From Trypethelium eluteriae (taxonomy: Eukaryota): DNA of 31,288 nt. Numbering within the stretch: the stretch's first letter is position 1; each line of letters starts with the position of its first letter. The notes below the pieces were generated by a model that did no database searches, was not told the DNA's origin, and worked only from the letters and a program-made list of their open reading frames with translations. The stretch covers positions 62,001 to 93,288 of the forward strand of contig JAVECL010000026.1 in assembly GCA_051942245.1 (NCBI GenBank). The letters are read 5' to 3'. The translations under genes were made by a program, and so were the position numbers. Below are positions 21,788 to 31,288 of this stretch, in pieces.

Positions 21788-22683
21788 ATGCTAGTCTTCG
21801 TAGTCATTTTGCTCTCTCTGAGCTACCTCACCAATGCATTGCTACATCCAGCTCGGCCGGAGAGCCTGCAAACACCTATGAACGATGTCAATCTAGATGA
21901 TGTTCGAGCTATGTAAGCCAGTCATTGCTAGAGTATTTGCTTGATTTGCTTCTAATCGCTTTTCAAGATTGAAAGATGCCGAAATCATTCCAACCGGTAA
22001 GCATATTCTTCCGGCTGCCATCTCATCTCCGAACACTTTCCTGATTGTCTACCTACCGTTCAAGTACTCGACGACTTTGACCCCTCCATCACCATTCAAG
22101 TCTCCTGGGGCAACGCCACAGCTAAATTGGGAAACACCATTTCTCCCTCCGAACTACAAGATGCCCCCAAAATTGCGCTTCTCTCCTCTCAAGCTAGCAT
22201 CTCAGGAGGAGCCCAAACTGCGCCTTCTAACATCGTCCTCGCCCTTACCGACCCAGACGCTCCATCCCGCTCCAACCCTAAGTGGTCGGAAATGTGCCAC
22301 TGGATAGCCGCCAACCTGACTCTTCCCTCTTCTTCCTTCCCTGCACCTGGCTCAGACGCGAACATCCATCAGGGTCCAGGAGACGATCTCGTCCCGTACA
22401 AGCCGCCGGGTCCGCCTCCCAAGACAGGGAAGCATCGGTATGTATTCATAGCGTTCAAGCCTGCGAACGGGACGTCTAGCCCCTTGAATCTGACCGCGCC
22501 GAGCGAGCGCCAGCATTGGGGCACGGGGAAGCAGGAGCATGGGGTGAGGGATTGGGCAGGGAAGAATGGGCTGGTACCTATTGGTAAGTAGAGACGATTG
22601 ATGGAGGAAGAAGTGTGGATTTTCTTGCTGACTCGTACGCTATAGGCGCGAATTTCATCTATTCGCAGAATGCTGAACAATGA
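21788..22683 (+). CDS. PEBP/Tfs1-like phosphatidylethanolamine-binding protein with N-terminal signal peptide (236 aa)
   Basis: Exons 21788-21912, 21968-21996, 22065-22583, 22646-22683 total 711 nt. Motifs: IIPTVLDDF, TDPDAPSR, CHWI, YKPPGPPPKTGKHRYVF, LVPIGANF. Hydrophobic N-terminus MLVFVVILLSLSYLTNA. Confidence 0.88.
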
Positions 22684-23014
22684 GCAAGGGTACGATTGAT
22701 AGGAGCAATATGAGGAGGAGGATGATGCTTCAAATAACCGAGAGTGTTGAATTGGTTCCGACTATTTTGCCTGCCTTGATCCCATTATCTAAATTGGCTA
22801 ACTCTAGCTTTTCACGTGCCGCCAAAGATGGCAGGATTCTGCTCTCGCTTACAGTATCAATCTGATGAAAAAGACCTTCGCCCTGGTCAATTGGGGTTCT
22901 GTTCTGCCTTGATTCGTCAATAGTGACGCCGTCGCTGATGCCGATGAACCAATAATATCCATGCAATGCAAATACATATGATGAAACAAAAATGTCAGAA
23001 TAATGCCGTCAAAA

Positions 23015-26000
23015 TTAGAGCGCCGCATCGGGCGGTGCTGAAGCTCGGGTATCTTCCTGGAACCTTTCAACCCTCTCGATGGGCACTCCCTCGCGCTCCG
23101 GCACGTATATTATCCTCTGCTGTTCACGCATTCTCTCCTGCGGTGAGTCTGCACGGTGATGAAGGAACCTTCCTCCTTGCATGAGTCGAGTGTCGTAGTA
23201 GGTGTTGTCTCCAAGTAGATCGTATGGCCTATCAGAGGTTCGCCGAATCAGAAGGGGGCGATCCTGCTCCTCGCTCGCTTCTGCGGGCACGCGCATGACA
23301 TATTCATGTCCCTCTTCCTCTCGTGGAGAGGATGGGCGGTCATAAAGGAGCTGCTTCTCAACAAAATACGGTCTATCATCTTGCGCTAAAATTGATGGCT
23401 GTTTGGGTTGTGTTGGGCTGACTTCTCTTCGCGAGGCATCCTGCGCAAACACAGACTGCTTTGCCGCTGGAGATTGCGACGCTGTGCGATCCAGATGACG
23501 GCGTGTAGCTTCGTACCGACCGAATCTACGACTGGAAGCGCGAGTCATTGCTTGTGGAGGGTGTTCGTTAACCCGTGTGGGAGTTGGGAGACCTGAAGAA
23601 TGCCATGATTGAGTCTCTGAATGAAGAGCCGAGCGAGGTTCGACCTGCAGGCCTATTCCCGGAAGGCGGTGACCTGAAGGGGTTGGAATCCAATCGCGAG
23701 TCCCGGCATTCGGAGAATACTGCGTTGACCGAAAAGTCTCTGAAGTGTCTGAGATCCGAGATGCGCGCTGCCTCTCATCAATGGTCCGCTCTACTGGCGG
23801 TGGCAACGACGTATCTTTCGCACTTGCCTGGTTGTTACCTTGCACAAGATGTCGCCGCGGGAGCTCAACATTTGCAGAGAGCTCGCTGGGATCCTTTTCT
23901 GCTGCTGCTACGCCAACACTATGCTCATCCTCGGTAGGGCTCCAATCCTTGCTTCTGGAGATATACTGTATAGAGTGGGCATTTTCCTTTCGTGACGTGG
24001 TGCTGGCTCCAGCTCGATCTCCGTTAGTCTTATGAGGAAGATCAGTGTCCTCGAAGACGAGCGTTGAGCGAAAAGATGGGTCATCGTCTTGCACGTATAC
24101 GAAGCGCTCCGGCGGTAGCCTTCGGTACTCATGTTGCGATTCCCGTATAATGCGATATGTACGCTGTCCATTCTCGTCCTCGGTGTAGATAACGGGTCGT
24201 TTGCGAGGAGCTTCTTGCACTCCCTCTTGGTATTGGAAGTCGGATGTGTGACATCTCGGAACCTCCGGAACAAGGGAACGTTCGTCACCTAATTCTGCTG
24301 CTCGGAGGTCTGGTACAGAATAAAGAGGTCCGTCCTCAGTCGGGACTTTGGCCCATACGTCGGAATGTCTGAGGCTCGAAAAAGCGCCTCCTGAACCTCC
24401 TCGTGTATGGTTGCCAATTGCTTCCGCCCCATCATGTCTTGATATGACGTCGTCCCTTTGAGCCTTACCATCGTACGGTGCCTGTGTCGGTCTTGGGACA
24501 CGTCTGAATCCGTGGTTTGACGGGAAAACATGTAAGAATAACTGCTTTTGTTCCGCGTCCATCCCTGGAGCGTTCTCAAATCCTTCGATGAATTCCGGCT
24601 CAGGGAGCTCTATCATAAGTCTCTTCCAATCAGAGCGTGAGTTACAATAGCTGGCTATTGCATTCGGTTCCGACGCATGCGTCTGTTTGAAATGAGTGAC
24701 AAGCGAGCTTAGATTGTACAGATGGCGCCGGTCAATCCGAGAATAATACGACTGATAACCCGCTTGCTGGCCATCCCGTTGGAGGGCACACATTTTGCAG
24801 GCAAGTCCGGGTGCATTCCTGATAGGTGCCGTGTTGAGACCAGAGTTGATCACATACTCAAACAGGTCAAGGTCCAAGCCATGTCCGAATTGGGCTTGAT
24901 TGGACTGTTCCATATGAAATATCACAATATAGACTCGCAAGCTCGTTGGCAGATCCTTGACACCAGCCAGTAAGAACCAAACGTCACACGCGACTTCAGA
25001 TAAAGTATCCACTTCTCTTTGCGTCAATGTTGTAAAAGTTCGAGAGGGAGAACCCTGAACAAAGTTCGTAGGATCTCTAAGGGTTTCAGGATACCAGCCA
25101 CCCTGTCTAGGATTCTGCAGCCTTGATGCGGGAACTGGCTGGAGATTGGGTCGACTCTGATCGATGTTATAAGGAGTATCGATCGGCCAATTCTCCATCA
25201 CTGGCCCAATTGCGTGACCATGATGTTGACTGCCTGTATGTTGCGGAGGTACATGGTCAAACACCTGGGAACTAGCGTAAGAAGGAACAGGAGCTATTTG
25301 AGACAACCCAGAGTACTGCATTTGAAGGCCCGGAGGCCTAGTATGGGTAGCATAATGTCCAGGGTGGGGTAGAGAAGTTGGAGGCATCCAATTGGAGTTG
25401 TAGGGAAGAGACGCTCCGCGATTAGGTCCAGGACTCACCTGAGGTGCGCCAAACGGTCGCGGACTTGGACTGATCTCATGCGAAGTAGGATTAGCAACTC
25501 CCTTCTGTTGCATCAACTGTGACTGTTTGTTCGCGTTCCACGGGTTCCGGTCGTGAGGAGGCCGAGTGCAACGTCCTGTATTGGGTAACCTTCCTGGGTT
25601 TGGATTGAAAGGAGGATGCTCAGGCCATTCAGCTTCTCGCCAAGATACAGTGGTATTACCTATGCTGAAAGAATTTGTGTGCTTGGCCCCGTAATGCTGA
25701 ATTACTGCTTCAAACCCATAGAACTTCTTGTTGGTAGTGCAATCGTTGCAAAGGAAAATTTCCCGGCGAAATTTCTCGGTAACGGGTCTAATTTTGGTGT
25801 CAAAAATCCATTTCATATTATCCAGAACTAAACTTCTGCGCGAGAAGGCGCTAGTATCTTCGCAAGGTTGTTCGGACAGATATAATTGACGAGATCCTAA
25901 AAGCACATCCGCCGCAAAAGATGGACAGTTTGCATTGGTGACAGTGCTTCCATTTTGCCAGCCTTCGGTAATGATCGTATCTGCACAACGGGCTAAGCAA

Positions 26001-27563
26001 TTCCGTACCGGAGTTTGTAGCTCTTCCCATCCTTGGACATCGGCTTCCTTGGAATCCACATTCTGTGGTCCACGTCGATCGGATCGTGCGACTGATGCCC
26101 TACCTTTTGTCGCTGCCTCTAGAGCCAATTTTTCAGCGTCCGGCTTTTGAGCTAGCAACCGGGGAAGTAATAAATCCCAAGCATTCTCGGTCAAGGCCAT
26201 CGGAATTTGCACGGCTGCTTGAAAGGATTCCATGAATTGGAGCACATTCCGGGTCAGTGGAGGTTGCAGTAACTCGCAACGGCGCTCAATTTCTGCTCGT
26301 CTCAGAGCTTTCGATTGGTTAATGTCTCGTAGATCTCGCCCAGTTCGGCTCGGATGGGAGATTGAGTATGGAATGCTCGTGTCTCGTATGGATCGAGAAA
26401 CCGGCCTAATGCCCGATGCGGAAGAAGGTGCTAGAACAAGCCGTCAGTAATTGCACATGCTCGTCAGAAAGCAAAGCTTGCTACGGACTCAATGTGCTAC
26501 GGGGGCTGCTCTGCCCGTATGAGAACGCCGACATTTCTCGAGCTGCTCTGGTATTACGAACATCAACGACAATTGAATCAACGCCCCCTCTTGTTTCGAA
26601 TCGTTCCCATCGAGCCGCATCGAGCAGCCTCTCTTTGCCAGTTGCCGCAAGGCCTTTGCCCCACTCTTCCGCGGCCGCAGGCCCCAAGGCTTGAGTATCT
26701 CGCAATTGACGCTCAATCTCCTCGACATGTGGCTTGTAGTAGAACTTGGTCACTCTTACTGTTGGAGGAAGTCCGCCGGAGTCCTGCAACGCAATCGAGG
26801 GTACAACGTGTAGGTCTTGTGTTACGAAAGCGAACGGAAGAGCAGGCAACAGAGCGGAAGAGGACGAGAATAATAGGGTAGTTTCCTAAGCTGCTATCAG
26901 CCGCGATCAAATAATCCAACAAGGCTATTTTGAAACCTTTTGTGAATGACGTTCCAAGCACGATCCACAAGTGCGGACCGCGAAAGGCCAGACGATACGA
27001 AGACCATCTGAGCCAGGGCCGTTCTCGAAGAATTTATCCGATTGACTTCGCGCTCTCAGAATTTTGCTGCAAAGCATGCACCCTTGCCCTAATATTAGCT
27101 TCCACATGTCTTTCTCGTGGCAATTAATTAACGGTCTTGGCATTTTTGGACAATGATGTTTCCTGGACTCCGACCAGACAATCTCGGAGTCCAGGACCTG
27201 CAGACGGTCTTTCCTTGGGTTTAACCACCTGTGGGCTTCGGTGTCCGAGAGGTAACGATAGAACGCACGATTAACCTGCATCAAACGGCCAAGCATCAGA
27301 GGATGCAGTTGCTTGAAGATGTTTTGCCATATTTCCGCAGGCAAGCCAGCAACTGGCAGGAGCTCAGGAAAATGACGGACGGGGTGCTCCTCGGTCTTGA
27401 GACGTTTTCCAGACACCTGTAGATCTTCATCGGTCAACTTACGCTTGGACCTCAAATCCATGGCCTGGGACTGCGGAGAATGACGAGCCAGTTCATTGCA
27501 GGCAGGACTGGCATATATATCCGAGAAATCGTCAGTTCCCGGACTATCAACGGGTTCGCCCAT
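23015..27563 (-). CDS. Large F-box protein with Cys/His zinc-binding motifs and long disordered C-terminus (about 1479 aa)
   Basis: Exons 27563-26937, 26885-26489, 26430-23015 total 4440 nt; the start and second donor are less certain. F-box LPAEIWQNIFKQLHPLMLGRLMQVNRAF; CMLC...CGSC; C2H2-like CNDC...HYGAKH and CKMC...HFKQTH. Confidence 0.75.
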
Positions 27564-28172
27564 CACAACGGACACATGGCCTCGTCAATGAATGCAAGCT
27601 TAACCGGACGTAGCTCCTGTAGAGACAGAATGTGACGAGGCGTAGATAGGACATGGACAAAGAAGAGCATCAAGCTTTCCAGAAAAAGGCACTAAATGAG
27701 CATGAAAAGATGACCTCCTGGCTTGGTAAGAGAAAATTGTCACTGGGTTCTCCACTGGCAGCATCAAGGGCGCCCGATGTCGAGGATCTCCGGTCAGCTT
27801 AGGTCGCTGACATTTTGAGGGTCAAATACTGGATCCGGAGGACCAGTGTAATAGTTGCAAAAGCCAGAGTTGCGTCAAGGCAGCCTCTTATATGGGCTTC
27901 TCAATACTGATGGACGAGCACGTCCGATGGAGTGAGGCGTGCTAGCGCGAGGTACAACGGTACCAAGATATGCGAATCGCAACAACGTTCTTCCGTAGCT
28001 GCTGAGGATACTCCGTACTCGGTACAGCCTGGGCCCTGTAGCTGCTGACGTCTAGGTACCTCTGTTCTTCATTGCCTGACATCCGGCCTCCTGTTTGCTC
28101 CTCCTCATTCGAATGCGCAAGACTTCTGGCAGCTTCTGCGGATAAATCTATGTGCATGAGGCTCCAGTTGCA

Positions 28173-30866
28173 ATGGCCACGCTAAACACCTCCGTCAATG
28201 GCCCCTCTATATCCAAGAGCTACCAATCTGTCGTTGATGCACCACCGCCGTCCGGCGCTGCTGGGAACTCGCCTACCTATGGGCAATGGGCCGTCTTTTC
28301 GGTATCAGCACCTCTAGCGAATGCTTTCCAGCAGGACAGTGGCAAGGAGAGTGTACTTAAAGTGCAAACCATAGGCGGTGAGCATACTTTATCACTCGTA
28401 TGAATCACGTTCACGGCTGAGCAAATTCGTAGAGGGAGAACTTGCCGACCTCGTCGAGGAGTTTTCGGACGGCCGCATTCAATTTGCATTTGTCAAAGTC
28501 AAAGACTCCAACACAACACTGCCAAAATGTGTTCTCATAGCATGGGTAAAGGAACCCTCCCGAAGTGGTTATTTGTTCGCCGGCTAACTTATCACTCTTG
28601 ACTTAGTGTGGAGAAGGTGTACCTGAGCGGACCAAGGGCTACTTCACAAGCCATCTCACAGCTGTTTCCAAGCTACTTCATGTCAGTTCACGAGTTGAAA
28701 TCATTCCATTTCTCGACAACTATTAATCCTCAATAGGGCTACCACGTGCAGGTCACTGCTCGATCTGATGCCGACCTAACACCTGAGTCAATTGTACAGA
28801 AGGTGGCAGATGCATCAGGTTCGAAGTACTCCGCCGGTAATACTGGCCCAACATCGAGGTCGAGTGCTCCACCGCCCCCTGCCGCGTCGAAGCCTGCCTT
28901 TACCCCAACGCGCGTTGGAGGCGGCACTTCTGGTTTCAATCCGCTTGGCTCTCGCACAGCTGCAGCGGCTTCAACAAATCAAAGGGTAGATGCAGATGGA
29001 TGGGGCGAAGATGCTCCCCCAGTCTCGCGAAGTCAGTTGGAGAAGGTTCAATCGGCATACCAGCCCACAAAGGTCAACCTGAAAGACCTAACATCGCAAT
29101 CACAAGCGCCATCTCGATTCAATGTGTCACAAAACGATCAGAATGGCCAATCCGATGTTGTCAAGGGCGGATATCAACCTGTTGGCAAAGTGGACATTGC
29201 TGCACTTAGGCGCCAGGCTCAAGAGGGTGGTCAGCTTCAGGACGACCGACCAACAACTGTGAAGGGATCATACGAGCCTGTGGGCAAGGTTGACATCGCT
29301 GCGATCCGAAGCCGAGCCCAAGGACCATCTGGTGTAGCTCCTGGCGGCGATCGGGAAGAAGCACGCAAGTCCCTCTCGGAGCGATCTGGTGCTTTCACAC
29401 AATCTGAAAGAATGACAACCCTACCCAAACCAAAAGTCGCCAATCGATTCGGTTCTGGCACAAGTTCGTTCGCTGGTACAAAGGCTCCTCTACCAGGGGA
29501 CGTTGGTAGCAAGCCAACTGCAGGCGCAGCGCCAGTTGGCAGTGCCAGCAGAACTTTTGCCGACGAGGGTGGTAAGACTCCGGCCCAGATTTGGGCAGAG
29601 AAGAAGGCTCGAGAACGAGGAGTCAGTGGCGCAGCAGACACACCATCATCTGCAGGTTTGGCGAATGTTCCTCCAGCAATCGCAAGTCAGCAGAGTGGTG
29701 GCAGTGGCTGGAAGAGTGGATATACGGGAAAGTCCTGGGCGCCGGTCCAGACGACAAAAACTGGACAGTCAGCAACAAGTGCGTCAAGTCAGCCAGGCGC
29801 CGAGCCAGAAGAAGCACAGGAAGATGCCCCGGTTTCACCGCCAGGTGGACTTAGTGCCGTCCGAGACCGTTTCCAGAATGTGCCTCCAATGGGCACACAA
29901 GGAATGCCAACAAGAGAAACCGACAGCGCGCCTCCTCCTCCGCCAATGGACCTTTCCAGCAAACCCAATGCAGGTGCTGCTCGAGGTGTACCCATTCCCG
30001 GCCTCCCAACACGACCGAGAGCCCCAGAGGCAGAAGAGGAAGCCCCCGCCAAGCAGCATGTCAGCGTACCTCCGCCTCCACCGCAGCCACCCAGAAGCCC
30101 TACTCCAGAGGAGAGTCAGATGGAGCCCGGCTCTCCTATCCAAGTCGCTATGCCCGTTAGCCGCAACGTACCTGCCGAAATCGAGCCCCCCGAAGAACGC
30201 CTCCCGCACTCCGCCGTACCCGCCGATTCCCTCAACCGTGCTGCTACCCACGAACAAGATATCGAACCCGAGCCCCAAGAAACAGAGCAAGACGTCGGTC
30301 GCGGCGCTTCCATCGCAGCCGCTCCAACTAGCGCATCTGCACCCGGTGCCGGTGTCTCGGGGAAGCGCGCTCTCGCCCAATATGATTATGAGAAGGCTGA
30401 GGACAACGAGCTCGAGTTGCGTGAAGGGGAATACGTCACAAATATCGAGATGGTTGATGAGGATTGGTGGATGGGACAGAATGCTCGGGGTGAGACCGGC
30501 CTATTTCCGAGTAACTATGTGGAGTTGGTAGAGGATGAGGAGGATGTCAGTGCTACAGCAGCCTTGGCGGCAGACCCACATGAAGCGCATCATGCGCCCA
30601 CGGCTGCCGCTGCTGAGCCGGAGCCTGCTGCAGGTGAAGGTCACAAAGCGACGGCGTTGTATGATTATGAGGCGGCGGAGGATAATGAGCTTAGCTTTCC
30701 TGAGGGAGGCACGGTTACCGGGATCGTAAGTGGAAAAGTCCTCAGTGAAAAACGCCTTTGAGCTAATTAATACATGCAGGAATTTCCCGATGACGATTGG
30801 TGGTTTGGTAGTTTTGGTGGAAAGACGGGTCTTTTCCCAGCAAACTACGTGGAGCTAGTGGAGTAG
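28173..30866 (+). CDS. ABP1: Actin-binding protein Abp1/AbpA (ADF-H domain, Pro-rich region, two SH3 domains), 822 aa
   Basis: Exons 28173-28377, 28433-28545, 28607-28681, 28737-30725, 30780-30866 total 2469 nt. ADF-H segment IAWCGEGVPERTKG, YQPVGKVDIAA repeats, and SH3 motifs ALAQYDY/ALYDY...WW...GLFPxNYV twice. Confidence 0.95.
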
Positions 30867-31093
30867 GAAGGCGATCCTGGTAATGTAGTCTGTTAGCGCT
30901 CGAGATACGACTGCGACGGCATACTGGAGCACATGTACTATGTATACACAAAAGCAACTGTTCACGAATTTCAACATATCTAGAGCGTTCACTCGATCAA
31001 CAACGTCGTCTCAAACTACACTATCAACCTCCGATCTCCAGATCTCCAGACACCCTCGTGTAAACTAAGTTCCCACTATTCAGCAACACACTC

Positions 31094-31288
31094 CTAATCT
31101 TCATCTCCATCATCCAAACCAATCCACGCAACCCTACACCTCACCGCCTCCCTCCTCACCCCCCTCTTCCCATCATCCAACGCCGCCGTCAACTCCCTCA
31201 CGACCCGCGTCCTCATCGGCACCAGCGTCTCTCTCCTCAACGCCCTCGGCACCATCGCCAAACACGCTAATGCGGCGCTCCTCACCTC
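31094..31288 (-). CDS. MMS19: MMS19/Met18 (cytosolic Fe-S assembly targeting factor), C-terminal end; truncated at window end
   Basis: HEAT-like C-terminus ...VRSAALACL...VVRELTAALDDGKRGVRREAVRCRVAW matches the MMS19 LDDxKRxVRxEAVxCRxxW motif. Stop TAG at 31094. Confidence 0.82.
   Translation of the reverse strand, partial: EVRSAALACLAMVPRALRRETLVPMRTRVVRELTAALDDGKRGVRREAVRCRVAWIGLDDGDED

Noticed and set aside
29055..29320. Internal repeats Y(Q/E)P(V)GKVDIAA in ABP1
   Set aside because: A known conserved feature of fungal Abp1 proteins, not a novel repeat element.
29503..30531. 342-aa alternative-frame ORF overlapping ABP1
   Set aside because: Non-ATG start, no recognisable motif, and explained as a shadow of the Pro/Ala-rich, GC-rich ABP1 frame.
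1..31288. CRISPR array, transposon/integrase, or secondary-metabolite cluster
   Set aside because: No repeat-spacer array, terminal repeats, transposase/RT motifs or PKS/NRPS core genes were seen; the neighbouring genes are functionally unrelated.

Overview
Gene-dense eukaryotic DNA from a filamentous ascomycete (Pezizomycotina; Dothideomycete-like, class not certain), with short GT-AG introns. I reconstructed 15 protein-coding loci by manual splicing, and the 13 complete ones all sum to whole codons. In order: Yea4-like nucleotide-sugar transporter (3' end), SDH1, RPT1, CCT4, a secreted GtaA/'glutaminase A'-family protein, an epoxide hydrolase, a zf-GRF protein, TMA22, an isochorismatase-family hydrolase, DNM1, a PEBP with signal peptide, a large F-box/zinc-finger protein, ABP1 and MMS19 (3' end). 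Most of the window is housekeeping; I saw no tRNA/rRNA, CRISPR or intact mobile element. The most notable item is a bacterial-type epoxide hydrolase interrupted by one TAG at a normally Trp codon, beside a TpA-rich stretch (RIP damage, restorative A-to-I editing or a sequencing error). Also notable: repeated C-rich to G-rich strand-skew switches, 8- and 9-nt microexons, and candidate CreA, GATA and CBC:HapX sites. All identifications come from motif recognition only; no searches were run.
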